From: Candidatus Poribacteria bacterium | GTDB taxonomy: Bacteria > Poribacteria > WGA-4E > WGA-3G | Length of the DNA: 64,000 nt | Direction of reading: 5' to 3' | NCBI GenBank assembly: GCA_965197475.1 | Contig: CBDANF010000003.1 | Coordinates: 1,248,001 to 1,312,000, forward strand | Shown here: piece after piece, positions 10,703 to 20,032 of the stretch | Numbering within the stretch: the stretch's first letter is position 1 | Layout: each line of letters begins with the position of its first letter | Notes under the pieces: generated by a model | Told to the model about the DNA's origin: nothing | What the model saw: only the letters and a program-made list of their open reading frames with translations | The model's database searches: none | Made by a program: the position numbers and the translations under genes

Positions 10703-13072
10703 CTATTCATTCTCGGTTTTGTCCTTGAGTGTTTCCACTACGAGACGTTCTAACTCAATCCCTCTGGCTTTACGTGAAATCAACGTACCATCTCTGGCAA
10801 TAAGCCACGGTGCAGGGATTGCGCGTATATGATACTGCTCTGCAAGCGGACTGTTCCATCTTTGACCGCTGAAAATTTGCCGCCAAGAAATGTCATTCTC
10901 CATGAGGTAGTTGCGTAGTCTTGTCTCATCAGTGTCAAGACTGACCCCGATAATATCAAACCCTTGGTCCTTATAGGAATTATAAACCCTTTTCACATTC
11001 GGCATCTCTCCAATGCAGGGACCACACCAAACAGCCCAGAAATCGAGTAGGACAACTTTCCCGCGATATTGTTGAAGCGAGATCGGTTTGCCATCAAGGT
11101 CCGTTGCAGAGAAGTCAGGTACAACCTTTCCTATCAGTTCCGACATAGGATCAGCCTTTTTTCGATATTCCGCTGCAAGTTCAGAATTACCGAGTTTCTC
11201 ATGAATTCGCGCAAGCTCCACAAGAATCCAGTACTTGTCCGGATACCGCTTCTCAAGTTTCTCAAAGACCTTAAGCACTTCTTCATACCGATTCGCGGTC
11301 TCAAGCATCGCGGCGAGAACGGTATGTGTCTGAAGGTCATCTGGTTTTAGAATCAACTTGAAACGGTTAATAAGACTTTCGGCATCTTTTTCGCGTCCGA
11401 CTTCAATGTAGAGGCGCACGAGCGACTCATAGACATGGAAGAACCGTTCATTGTCTGCTTGCCGCTGAAGTCCATTTTCCAACGCCTCAATGGCTTTTTC
11501 CGTAGATTCATACATGTCTTCGGGGGTATATTCCCATGGACCAGATGACCAATATACCTTAAAGGAGAAGCCCAAGTTTAGGCACTCAAACACTTGATTT
11601 GCATGATGCCGACAACGCGCAAGCGGTATGACATCACCGTACACGGTTAGGTTTTCTCGTGTTCCTTTTCGATACCCAGGGTGAAATTGGTAGCCATAGC
11701 TCACGGGCATCTTCGGGTCTGTGTTTCCAGAAAAGATTGGTTTGCCACCCTGATCATCTTCTGGACAAAGCAAGATATTTGCGTCTGGCAAGTATTTAGG
11801 ATAAAGTTCTGAAAGCCATTCTGGGAAATCGCCGTGTTCCTTCTGGTATGCCTGAATCGCCTTTCCAATTTCAAGCAGATGTTGCTTGCAGATTTCAACG
11901 TCTTTTTCAATCTGTTCTGCCTTCTTGGATTCATCAGAGCGATTCTCACTTGCTGTCAATTCGGATTTGGATGTCTCCTCTGAGTCAACTGCTTGTGCCA
12001 AACGCATCGCGCCCATCGGAACAGCAAAGCAAATGAGAACAAGCAACCCTATTCCTACTACAACCTTCGTCACCGGGTGTCGATTCAGGTTTTCGGTGAG
12101 AACGGTTCGGAGTCGTCCTTCAATCTTTGAAGGACGTGCCATCGCCACGGCAGCACGCGAGACAGCGTTAACCATCTTTACATTGCGTGTTATATCAAGC
12201 AAATGTCGAGCGTAATCGGTTGATTGATAGCCGGTATTGAGCACTTGGTCATCGCACGCTTGCTCTGCCTCTATTCGCATCCGATGTGCAGCAAACCACA
12301 CGCCTGGGTTAAACCAATAGACTGTACAAGCAATCTGCGCAATCGTCTGCATCAACCAATCCCAGCGTTTAACATGTGCTGTTTCGTGGAGCATGACTGC
12401 CCGAAACTTCTTCGTTTGCCAATTCGCTGCATCAGTAGGTAGCAAAATCACAGGACGAAAAATACCCCACATCATTGGAACTGTGATTCTGTCGCTTAGA
12501 CGGATACTGATCTGTTGATTCCAAGTAGAATGCAGCGGTTCAATTGAACTGTTGAAGTCTTTGCTACGGGTTGAGATGTACCAGATACCACCAATTCCAG
12601 CAATCAAACGGACAAGAAAGAACACACTAACACATGCCCAAACTATTCCTATCCAATTTGTCCAAGGGATTGTTGTGAGAATACCTTTCTTACTGGTCTC
12701 AATTTTCGGTTGAGACCGTGTTGGTGTGATTTCTATTGATGACACCGTCTCCGATGACGACTGGATCGGAGCAATTGAAACAGGAACCGCTGGGGTTTGA
12801 GAGATTTTCGCCAACCGATGAGTCTCGTGTACGATCGGTGTTTCGGGTAGGACGCTAAGTTCCCACTTCGGAAGTATTACAGAAAACAGCGGGACGATGA
12901 GGCATCCAACAATTGTCATACTCCAAACGAAACAACGTACTGCCGCTGATTTGCGGCGGAAGCAGAATGAAAATATGCCGCCAACGGCGAAAATTACAAA
13001 ACTTTTCATTGTGGTGTCAAAGAGAAATTTCAATAAAGGGTTTGCATAGAATGTTTCAATAAATTGCATCAT
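10703..13072 (-). CDS. BlaR1/MecR1-like M56 metallopeptidase fused to a TPR-like region and a TlpA redoxin domain
   Basis: N-terminal TM helices; VMLHETAHVKRWD (HExxH); YWFNP; EQACDD; C-terminal DFWAVWCGPC. Confidence 0.9.
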   Translation of the reverse strand: MMQFIETFYANPLLKFLFDTTMKSFVIFAVGGIFSFCFRRKSAAVRCFVWSMTIVGCLIVPLFSVILPKWELSVLPETPIVHETHRLAKISQTPAVPVSIAPIQSSSETVSSIEITPTRSQPKIETSKKGILTTIPWTNWIGIVWACVSVFFLVRLIAGIGGIWYISTRSKDFNSSIEPLHSTWNQQISIRLSDRITVPMMWGIFRPVILLPTDAANWQTKKFRAVMLHETAHVKRWDWLMQTIAQIACTVYWFNPGVWFAAHRMRIEAEQACDDQVLNTGYQSTDYARHLLDITRNVKMVNAVSRAAVAMARPSKIEGRLRTVLTENLNRHPVTKVVVGIGLLVLICFAVPMGAMRLAQAVDSEETSKSELTASENRSDESKKAEQIEKDVEICKQHLLEIGKAIQAYQKEHGDFPEWLSELYPKYLPDANILLCPEDDQGGKPIFSGNTDPKMPVSYGYQFHPGYRKGTRENLTVYGDVIPLARCRHHANQVFECLNLGFSFKVYWSSGPWEYTPEDMYESTEKAIEALENGLQRQADNERFFHVYESLVRLYIEVGREKDAESLINRFKLILKPDDLQTHTVLAAMLETANRYEEVLKVFEKLEKRYPDKYWILVELARIHEKLGNSELAAEYRKKADPMSELIGKVVPDFSATDLDGKPISLQQYRGKVVLLDFWAVWCGPCIGEMPNVKRVYNSYKDQGFDIIGVSLDTDETRLRNYLMENDISWRQIFSGQRWNSPLAEQYHIRAIPAPWLIARDGTLISRKARGIELERLVVETLKDKTENE

Positions 13073-13458
13073 GATGAGGTGTCTCCTTTTTTTGCCTGCT
13101 CAATGAGTTGGCTTAAACGGTCAAGCTCCTCATCCGAAAGGTCAGCATCGGAAATCAAAGTCATGACCGTTTTCTCAATGGATTTATCAAAAAACGTGTG
13201 AAAAATCTGTTTGAGCGCAGAACGCCCTGCCTGATGGCGCGGTTCTGTTGGACGATAGATGTAACATTTGCCATTTTTTTCGTGTGTAAGATGCCCTTTA
13301 TCTTCTAAAATCCGCAGCAATGCTCGAACAGAAGAATAACTTGGCGGATCGGGTAGGTCTTCAAGCACATCTGCCACAGAGACGTGACCGCGTTGATAAA
13401 CGATATCCATAAGCTGCCGTTCCCGACGACTCAATTTGGCAATACGGTAATCTTCCAT
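13069..13458 (-). CDS. BlaI/MecI/CopY family transcriptional repressor
   Basis: LSRRERQLMDIVY; PPSYSSVRALLRILEDKG; translationally coupled to the M56 gene (ATGA overlap). Confidence 0.92.
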   Translation of the reverse strand: MEDYRIAKLSRRERQLMDIVYQRGHVSVADVLEDLPDPPSYSSVRALLRILEDKGHLTHEKNGKCYIYRPTEPRHQAGRSALKQIFHTFFDKSIEKTVMTLISDADLSDEELDRLSQLIEQAKKGDTSS

Positions 13459-13481
13459 TTTGTCACCCTCCTTTCAAGATA

Positions 13482-13540
13482 TGCTAATATTTTAGCACTT
13501 ATAGAAGTAAAAGTCAAGTAAAAATGCTGATATTTTAGCA
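13482..13540 (-). promoter_or_regulatory. Promoter of the BlaI-like operon with two palindromic operators
   Basis: Minus strand TTGACT-N17-TAAAAT (13517..13489). Palindromes TGCTAA-TATT-TTAGCA (13482-13497, overlapping the -10) and TGCTGA-TATT-TTAGCA (13525-13540). Confidence 0.8.
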
Positions 13541-13582
13541 TTAAAAATGTATAAGTGAAATAAAATGTGAAAAACTAAGCCA

Positions 13583-13716
13583 GGGTGTATAAAATTTTAA
13601 TATTAAAATACACTCTCTCTTGTAGGAGGGGTTTTCAACCCCGATATATTGACATTGATTGACTGCTGGTTGTCCAAAATCCGCGATTCAGAAATTTAAA
13701 AAATATTTACACACCC
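13583..13716. mobile_element. Possible MITE remnant with an internal GTAG hairpin
   Basis: Imperfect inverted ends GGGTGTATAAAATT / AATATTTACACACCC; internal GTAGGAGGGGTTTTCAACCCC. No clear target duplication. Confidence 0.4.
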
Positions 13717-13732
13717 AAAAAACCAGAAAAAC

Positions 13733-13761
13733 TTGACAATTCTGTAAAAAACCTTTAAAAT
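13733..13761 (+). promoter_or_regulatory. Sigma70-type promoter
   Basis: TTGACA-N17-TAAAAT upstream of the GGT gene. Confidence 0.7.
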
Positions 13762-13794
13762 TCCAAGTATTACCTTTAGCGAAAGGAAAGATAT

Positions 13795-15396
13795 GTGAAT
13801 TCACACAAAAGAGACTACGGGACTGTTATCGGCCCACATCCTTGCACTGCGGAGGCAGGATTTGATATGCTCCTTACAGGCGGTAACGCTGTGGATGCCG
13901 CCGTCGCAGCCGCTTTTGCAGAGGGAGTCGTGGAACCTTCACAAAACGGAATTGCCGGTTATGGCGGTTGCGTGCTGATCTACCGCAAGAAAACACAAGA
14001 TGTCGTGGCGATAGACTATAATACTGCAGCACCTGCTGCGGCTTCCGAAGACATGTTCACAATTGAGGATGCACCCGATACTCTTGCAGGATACCGCGTG
14101 CCGGGACGCGTTAACGTTCATGGACCGTTGTCTATTGGGGTACCGGGGGTTGTCGCAGGTCTCTGTTTAGCGTTGGAAGAATATGGTAGTCTTCCGCTTG
14201 CAGATGTACTACGTCCCGCTATCAATTCTGCACGCTACGGTTATGCACCGAATGGCTCAAATCGTGGTGGAATTGCCGGGAATGCAGAACGGTGGAAGCG
14301 CGAGTTTCCAGAAACAGCACGTGTTTTCCTCAAAGATGGAAGACCGCCAAAAAAAGGCGAAACGCTCACCAATCCTGACCTTGCACGAACCTTGGAAGCT
14401 GTTGCGGAGGGTGGACACTCAGCATTTTACGAAGGCACAATAGCTGAAACAATCGCTAATCACATTCAGGAATTAGGCGGTTGTTTAACCGTAGACGACC
14501 TCAAGAGTTATTGCCCCTTCATAACCCAACCTTATCAAATTCAATATCGTGGTTATTCTGTATATACTGCTCCCCTCGGTGCAGGTGGACTAACCACCTT
14601 ACAGATGCTCCGCTTGGTAGAGAAATATGATGTAGCCGAGATGTCTGTCACAGAGAGATTCCATCTTTTTGCTGAAGCAATGAAAATTTGCTGGGTCGAA
14701 AGACTACGCCGATTCGGTGATCCGAATTTCGTTGACATAGACATTGCTGCAGAACTTTCAGATAGTTTTACCGAGACACTCAGCAAGAAGTTGAATGCCG
14801 GCCTTGAATCGCCGCAACGCGGGGAGGTAGTCTATTACGAACCGATGAGTTGTACGAGTCATATTTCTACTGCAGATGCAGAAGGAAACATGGTGTCCTT
14901 GACACAGACACACGGTGGCGGATTCGGTTCAATGGTGACGGTGCCGGGTACTGGACTGCTTTTCGGTCACGGTGTCGGTCGTTTTGATCCGAGACCAGGG
15001 TTAGCGAATTCAGTCGGTCCGGGGAAACGTCCGCTTCATAACATGGGACCGTGTCTTGCCACGCGAGACGGAATGCCGTTTGCGACTTATGGCATCCCTG
15101 GTGGTCGCACTATTCCAAACAATCAACTAAATATCAGTGTTAGCCTCATTGACTTGCAAGTGTCGGCACAAGCAGCGTTGGACGCACCCCGGTTTCACAG
15201 CGATGGTGCCGAACCTATCCAAGTCGAATCACGTGCAGGTGAAGAAACACTTGCTGGATTGCGAGAACTCGGACATGAAATCGCAGCAAGCGGAGGTATC
15301 GGTGGCCCCGGACACGCTATTAGACTATGGAACGATGGAACTTACCACGACGGAGGCACTGATCCGCGCGGAGAAGGTAAAGTCATCACACGTTAA
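13795..15396 (+). CDS. Gamma-glutamyltransferase family protein
   Basis: GGNAVDAAVA; GVPGVVAG; CTSHISTADAEGN with the predicted nucleophile Thr; GTDPR. Confidence 0.9.
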   Translation: MNSHKRDYGTVIGPHPCTAEAGFDMLLTGGNAVDAAVAAAFAEGVVEPSQNGIAGYGGCVLIYRKKTQDVVAIDYNTAAPAAASEDMFTIEDAPDTLAGYRVPGRVNVHGPLSIGVPGVVAGLCLALEEYGSLPLADVLRPAINSARYGYAPNGSNRGGIAGNAERWKREFPETARVFLKDGRPPKKGETLTNPDLARTLEAVAEGGHSAFYEGTIAETIANHIQELGGCLTVDDLKSYCPFITQPYQIQYRGYSVYTAPLGAGGLTTLQMLRLVEKYDVAEMSVTERFHLFAEAMKICWVERLRRFGDPNFVDIDIAAELSDSFTETLSKKLNAGLESPQRGEVVYYEPMSCTSHISTADAEGNMVSLTQTHGGGFGSMVTVPGTGLLFGHGVGRFDPRPGLANSVGPGKRPLHNMGPCLATRDGMPFATYGIPGGRTIPNNQLNISVSLIDLQVSAQAALDAPRFHSDGAEPIQVESRAGEETLAGLRELGHEIAASGGIGGPGHAIRLWNDGTYHDGGTDPRGEGKVITR

Positions 15397-15464
15397 TATT
15401 TCATTTTATGGTGCATACCGCCTATGGAATGTTAGAAGGGATTGATAATCCCAATTTTTAAATC

Positions 15465-15546
15465 TATAGTAAAGTATAAAAATACATAGACACTTTCCGG
15501 TAGGCGCGCTGTTTATAGTGTCCAATCAATAAAATGTTTTACTATA
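15465..15546. mobile_element. Short MITE-like element (TATAGTAAA...TTTACTATA family)
   Basis: Inverted ends TATAGTAAA...GACACT / AGTGTC...TTTTACTATA with a partial GGTAGGCGCG inside. Same family as 31627..32022. Confidence 0.55.
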
Positions 15547-15568
15547 ATTCTTTGGAGTTTGAACAGAT

Positions 15569-15904
15569 ATGTCACAATTTATAAAAGCCGCGACAACCGA
15601 ACAGATACACCCAGGTACCTGCATCGGTGTCAAGGTTGAAGGTGTTTTTATCGGTATCTATAATGTTGAGGGTGAGTATTACGCAATGAATAATATCTGT
15701 CCACATCTTGGTGGAATTCTGACTTACGGTTTCATAGACAAAGGGTGTGTTACTTGCCCGATGCATATGTGGGAGTTTGATGTGAAAACCGGCAAATGTG
15801 TTTGGCCAGGTGAAGAAAGTCTACCTATCTATCCCATTAAAATTGAGGGTGAGGATATCTTTGTAAATGTGGACGAACCGATGAATATGGACAAACCGCA
15901 GTAG
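15569..15904 (+). CDS. Rieske [2Fe-2S] ferredoxin
   Basis: CPHLGG and CPMHMWEFD motifs. Confidence 0.92.
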   Translation: MSQFIKAATTEQIHPGTCIGVKVEGVFIGIYNVEGEYYAMNNICPHLGGILTYGFIDKGCVTCPMHMWEFDVKTGKCVWPGEESLPIYPIKIEGEDIFVNVDEPMNMDKPQ

Positions 15905-15964
15905 GTACGATAAAAACCGATAGGCGTGAGTGCATCATTGAGCCTATTACAAGGAGAAAACAGT

Positions 15965-16918
15965 ATGGCATATCTGCTCACCGGTGGCATGGGATGCATC
16001 GGTACTTATGTTATCCGCGACCTATTGGCTGCCGGTGAAAAGGTGGTTGTTTACGATTTCACTTACGACCTCACTATTCCAAAGATGGTGCTAACGGATG
16101 CGCAAATTGAAGGTTTTTCATTCGTGCAAGGTGACATTACCGACTTGCCGCACGTCTTACGCACCGTTCAAGAACATGAAATTGATCGGGTTATACATCT
16201 TGCTTCGTGGCAGGTGCCAGCGTGTAATGCTAACCCACTACAGGCGTTGAAGGTCGTGTGCGAAGGAACGATTAATATATTAGAAGCGGCGCGTATTTTC
16301 AAGCTCAAACGCGTTGTGTGGGCAAGTAGTGTAGCGGTGTTCGGTGCACCAGAGGATTATAACCATCAACAGATTCTCAACGATGCCCCCCACTATCCTA
16401 AGTTTATCTACGGTGCCTGCAAATCTCTCAATGAAAGATATGCGATGCACTATTTTGATGCTTACGATGTTGATTCAATCGGTCTTCGGTTTACGGCAGT
16501 CTACGGTGTTGGTAGGACGCGAGGGATGAGTTCGTTCACAACAAAAATGATTGAGGCTGTGGCGATGGGAGAACCGCACGTGTGTCCGTTCGGTGATGAT
16601 GCAGTGGATTGGCAATATGTAGAGGATGTCTCGCGTTCCATCGTCATGGCATGCACTTGCCTAACGACGAAGACCCGCGTCTTCAACGTCAAGGGGGGCA
16701 TCCGCCCCGTAAAAGAGGGTGTAGCGTATCTAAAAACTATAGTGCCGAATGCACAGATCACACTGGAGCCAGGAGTGTTCGGTATCTCGTGGGATTATGA
16801 CGCAACGGCTATCGCAGAGGAAATGGGATTTACGCCTGCCTATACGATGGAACAGGGAATTCTAAAAACGTTTAATCAATTTCGGGAGCGCGCTGGATTG
16901 GAATTAGTTAAATTTTAA
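15965..16918 (+). CDS. NAD-dependent epimerase/dehydratase (extended SDR)
   Basis: LTGGMGCIG; YGACK (YxxxK); ATG after AGGAGA. Confidence 0.88.
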   Translation: MAYLLTGGMGCIGTYVIRDLLAAGEKVVVYDFTYDLTIPKMVLTDAQIEGFSFVQGDITDLPHVLRTVQEHEIDRVIHLASWQVPACNANPLQALKVVCEGTINILEAARIFKLKRVVWASSVAVFGAPEDYNHQQILNDAPHYPKFIYGACKSLNERYAMHYFDAYDVDSIGLRFTAVYGVGRTRGMSSFTTKMIEAVAMGEPHVCPFGDDAVDWQYVEDVSRSIVMACTCLTTKTRVFNVKGGIRPVKEGVAYLKTIVPNAQITLEPGVFGISWDYDATAIAEEMGFTPAYTMEQGILKTFNQFRERAGLELVKF

Positions 16919-16920
16919 CT

Positions 16921-17490
16921 TCATCTGTTTTTTACATGAAGTACTCCTTTTTCTCTAAATAGATTGTAAATTTTAGTGCTGATTTCAGGTGGTGTCTCTG
17001 GGTCCGAGTAGAGAGCAATTAGAATTTGGTGTGACTGTGGAACGTTGATTGTTGCAAGTCCAGAGATTGCACTCCAAGCATAAACTTCATTTATGTTTTC
17101 GGGATGCTCTAAAATTTCCTGCCATAGTAGGATAAGCCGTTCTTTTTTCTGATGAGATAAAGCCTGGAGCGCGCGTCTTCGGATTTTTTCATCGGAACTT
17201 GTTTTGTATAAGTACAATAATGCGTCAACAGTCAAATCATCATGCTGTTTGTTGACAAACTCGTTCCAACGTTTTTCTCGAAAAGATAAAGGTCCCGATC
17301 CGCACCAATTGAATGATGGAGGCGGGATTCGCTTCTGAATTCCTGCTACTTTTTCCACCACGAAAACGGATGTACTGTTGTATTTATACAGTTGTCGTTC
17401 CGCTTCCTTTTCTTCTAAGTAAACGGAACGACAATTAACAGAAAATAGACCAACCGAGGGAATTAGGACGATGACAAAAACCCTATTCAT
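16921..17490 (-). CDS. Hypothetical protein, HEAT-repeat-like, possibly a lipoprotein
   Basis: GAGG site before MNRVF; hydrophobic N-terminus followed by Cys; helical repeats (IRRRALQALS). Confidence 0.55.
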   Translation of the reverse strand: MNRVFVIVLIPSVGLFSVNCRSVYLEEKEAERQLYKYNSTSVFVVEKVAGIQKRIPPPSFNWCGSGPLSFREKRWNEFVNKQHDDLTVDALLYLYKTSSDEKIRRRALQALSHQKKERLILLWQEILEHPENINEVYAWSAISGLATINVPQSHQILIALYSDPETPPEISTKIYNLFREKGVLHVKNR

Positions 17491-17559
17491 GTAAACCTCT
17501 CGGATTTTTGAAAGAGCGTATAGCAATCGGAAAAAATTAGGAGGGTTTTCGGTTAATTA

Positions 17560-18264
17560 ATGATGTTCGGTTCCATCTGCCCGATTTTTAAGATGTCAGA
17601 TACATCTCCATTGACGCGAAATCTCGCAAATAGGGCGACAGTCAAGTTCACCATCTCCACGCTTTTTGAAACGATAATAGACTTTCGCTTAAATCGTCCG
17701 AACCAATGACGCATCCGACAATTGTTTCGCTCAATCCCGTGCGTCTCTTTTTTGTCTGAACTAACTTATTATTGGGAATCACGGATCGGTAGGCATGCCA
17801 GTCATCGGTGTAATACACCTTCACAGACCAGTTTTCCAAACGTTCAATGAGTTTCTTCAAGGTTGCTTTATCCCGATGACCACACTCCCATGCGATGAGT
17901 TCTCCGGTATCACGACACAACGCTTTCCAAATCCAGAGTTTCTGCTTTTTTTCAGATAGTGCCATATCTCATCAAGTTCAAGCACGACAGCGTCTGCTTG
18001 GGGTTCTGGTGTGTGTGTGTTGGGTGCCAAAGTGGCGTATCCATGAGAGGATGGTGCTGGGGGAGGCACCAAGGATTTTTGCGATCGCATTCATCGAAAG
18101 TCCATGGCAATAGAGAAAGACGGCGAGTGCGCGTTCAGCGAGGGGTCTCCCTCGGTGTGTTTTCTCGGTCCATTGGTAGTGGCATTCTTTACACTTATAG
18201 CGTTGTTTTCCTTGACGAACCCATTTTTGAGGAAGTGTTCGTGTTGACATTTTGGACAGTTCAT
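17560..18264 (-). pseudogene. IS1-family transposase (InsA/InsB) broken by several frameshifts
   Basis: Fragments reassemble to MNCPKC...QRYKCKEC...LSMNAIAKILG...ELDEIWHYL...LWIWKA...YTDDWHAY...IERNNCRMRH. Breaks fall at A-runs and a (CA)n tract, more than the single programmed IS1 shift. Ends are approximate. Confidence 0.85.
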
Positions 18265-18326
18265 AACAGGAAACTCCTTGTGAAGTTATGAGTGATTTGC
18301 CTAAGGATACCGCGTCTGTTTTTTTC

Positions 18327-18355
18327 TTGACATTTTTTCGGACTTATGTTATAAT
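18327..18355 (+). promoter_or_regulatory. Sigma70-type promoter
   Basis: TTGACA-N17-TATAAT with an extended TG. Confidence 0.8.
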
Positions 18356-18465
18356 TTTTTGATACTTGGACAAGTATGGGACAAGGGCGTTATGAGGGAC
18401 CTTTATCTCATCATTATTTCACCGAAAACCCTCAAACTAATAACAAAACTTTCAGGAGGCTTATT

Positions 18466-19200
18466 ATGATGATGTTAAAGCGAAGTTTGGCATTCAGTTG
18501 TGGACTCTTGTTTTTTTTCGGGCTCAATGCGTTTTGCGACGTGTGGTACAGTGAGGATTTTGACAACTTCAAAGAGGGTGACATCGCTGGGCAAGATGAA
18601 TGGAAAACGGCAATGAACTCAAAAACTTGCCAAATTGGAAGCGAGGTGAAGCGCGGTAACATAGGCAAAAGCATTCTGGTCACAGAAAACACAATGGTCA
18701 GCAGAAGTTTTGAAGGTACCCATGATGGAATTCAGTTTGTTTCATTATTCACGCAGCGGGAAGAGGGTGTAGGCACAATGCTGTTTTATATCGGTGGAGA
18801 TGCCATCAAGTGGGGAGCGGCTGCCGTATTTAATATTCCGCAGGATGGCACTATCCATGCGTTAGACGGCATTGCAGGACAACAAGTAACGCAGGGGGAA
18901 CTGGGTGAATGGCATCATTTCCGCATCGTGCTTGACTTTAAAGATAAAACTTATGACTTTTACGTCGATGACGAACTCGTCGCCGATGATTTCGGTTTTA
19001 GAGGTGAGGGTGGCAAAGGCGGCGTGAATCCGGAGCTAAGCTGGATCTTTTTCGGTCAGAACAAGCTCGATGCTCTGACCGCTTATATTGATGACATTGA
19101 AATGGGAGACGGTGAGGGCGAAACGGCTGGAAAACCTGCAGCGGTTTCCGTCTCAGACAAACTCGCGACCACTTGGGGAAGAATCAAGCGGCGATTGTAG
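18466..19200 (+). CDS. Secreted LamG/ConA-like beta-sandwich protein with a C-terminal KLATTWG motif
   Basis: GGAGG site; signal peptide; EWHHFRIVLD...YDFYVDD; YIDDI; C-terminus DKLATTWGRIKRRL. Confidence 0.8.
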   Translation: MMMLKRSLAFSCGLLFFFGLNAFCDVWYSEDFDNFKEGDIAGQDEWKTAMNSKTCQIGSEVKRGNIGKSILVTENTMVSRSFEGTHDGIQFVSLFTQREEGVGTMLFYIGGDAIKWGAAAVFNIPQDGTIHALDGIAGQQVTQGELGEWHHFRIVLDFKDKTYDFYVDDELVADDFGFRGEGGKGGVNPELSWIFFGQNKLDALTAYIDDIEMGDGEGETAGKPAAVSVSDKLATTWGRIKRRL

Positions 19201-19280
19201 CATTTGTTCATGCGATGGTCAAAGTCTGTCAGTTGACGGTCAGAGCCATTCAGTTCTCTGGTCAGGTTTTACTCCAGGCC

Positions 19281-19306
19281 GGTAGGTGCGGTTTTCTAAC
19301 CGCACC
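19281..19306. repeat. GTAG REP-like hairpin
   Basis: GGTAGGTGCGGTTTTCTAACCGCACC. Confidence 0.75.
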
Positions 19307-19679
19307 GGATCCTCAAAAAAAGGCGAAAAACCGCAAGATCAAACTGTCCACCTCGGCGTTTGAAGTCTCTGAAGGCATCATCGAAACCTCGGAAAATTAG
19401 AACTAACCGTTTAAGTAGATAACGGTATGAAAGAACGGTTATGTTGTGGCTTCAAATTAACGTGAGTTCGAAAAATGCCGTAGGGAATCAACGGCGAATG
19501 CGCTTATGGCATCCATCCAAATCAACGCAGCGTGCGCGTATGGCACGCTGCGGGGTAGAACTAACGTGAAACCCACAGGTGTCAACCATTTAGATGCTCA
19601 TGTAAAAAGTGTGTGCGGTTGTTTTTAATGAAGGCAATGGCCACGTGGGTTAAACTTTTTCATTTGTACTCATTCTTAA

Positions 19680-19750
19680 CATGAGCCAACTCTTTATGCG
19701 TGACATGAGCTAACTCTTTATGCGTGACATGAGCCAACTCTTTATGCGTG
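19680..19750. repeat. Tandem repeat, 24 bp x about 3
   Basis: Unit ATGAGC(C/T)AACTCTTTATGCGTGAC at 19681, 19705 and 19729. Confidence 0.9.
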
Positions 19751-20032
19751 GAGAGCATTCAAATGCGTTTGAGAACGTTCACACCGTCCCAACATACGAA
19801 AAAGGCACACATCCAAATATCCAGATATGGAAAATCAACTATCCTGAGAATATCAAGCCTCACCCCAAATACCTCGCAACAGAATAACAAAGTGCAGTGA
19901 CCTTCCTACAATATAGGGTGGCGCATATTTGCCAAAATATCATGCGCTCTTTTTCCTTGCCAATTGTCACATCTTCTGATAAGATAATTGCACATAACAG
20001 TCTTGCTGCAAGAGGAAAGAGGAAACACTTTA

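Noticed and set aside
17560-18264. IS1 ORF split as a functional programmed frameshift
   Set aside because: About four frame breaks are needed to rebuild the protein, so the element is degraded.
19680-19750. 24-bp repeats as a CRISPR array
   Set aside because: The units are contiguous with no spacers, so this is a tandem repeat.
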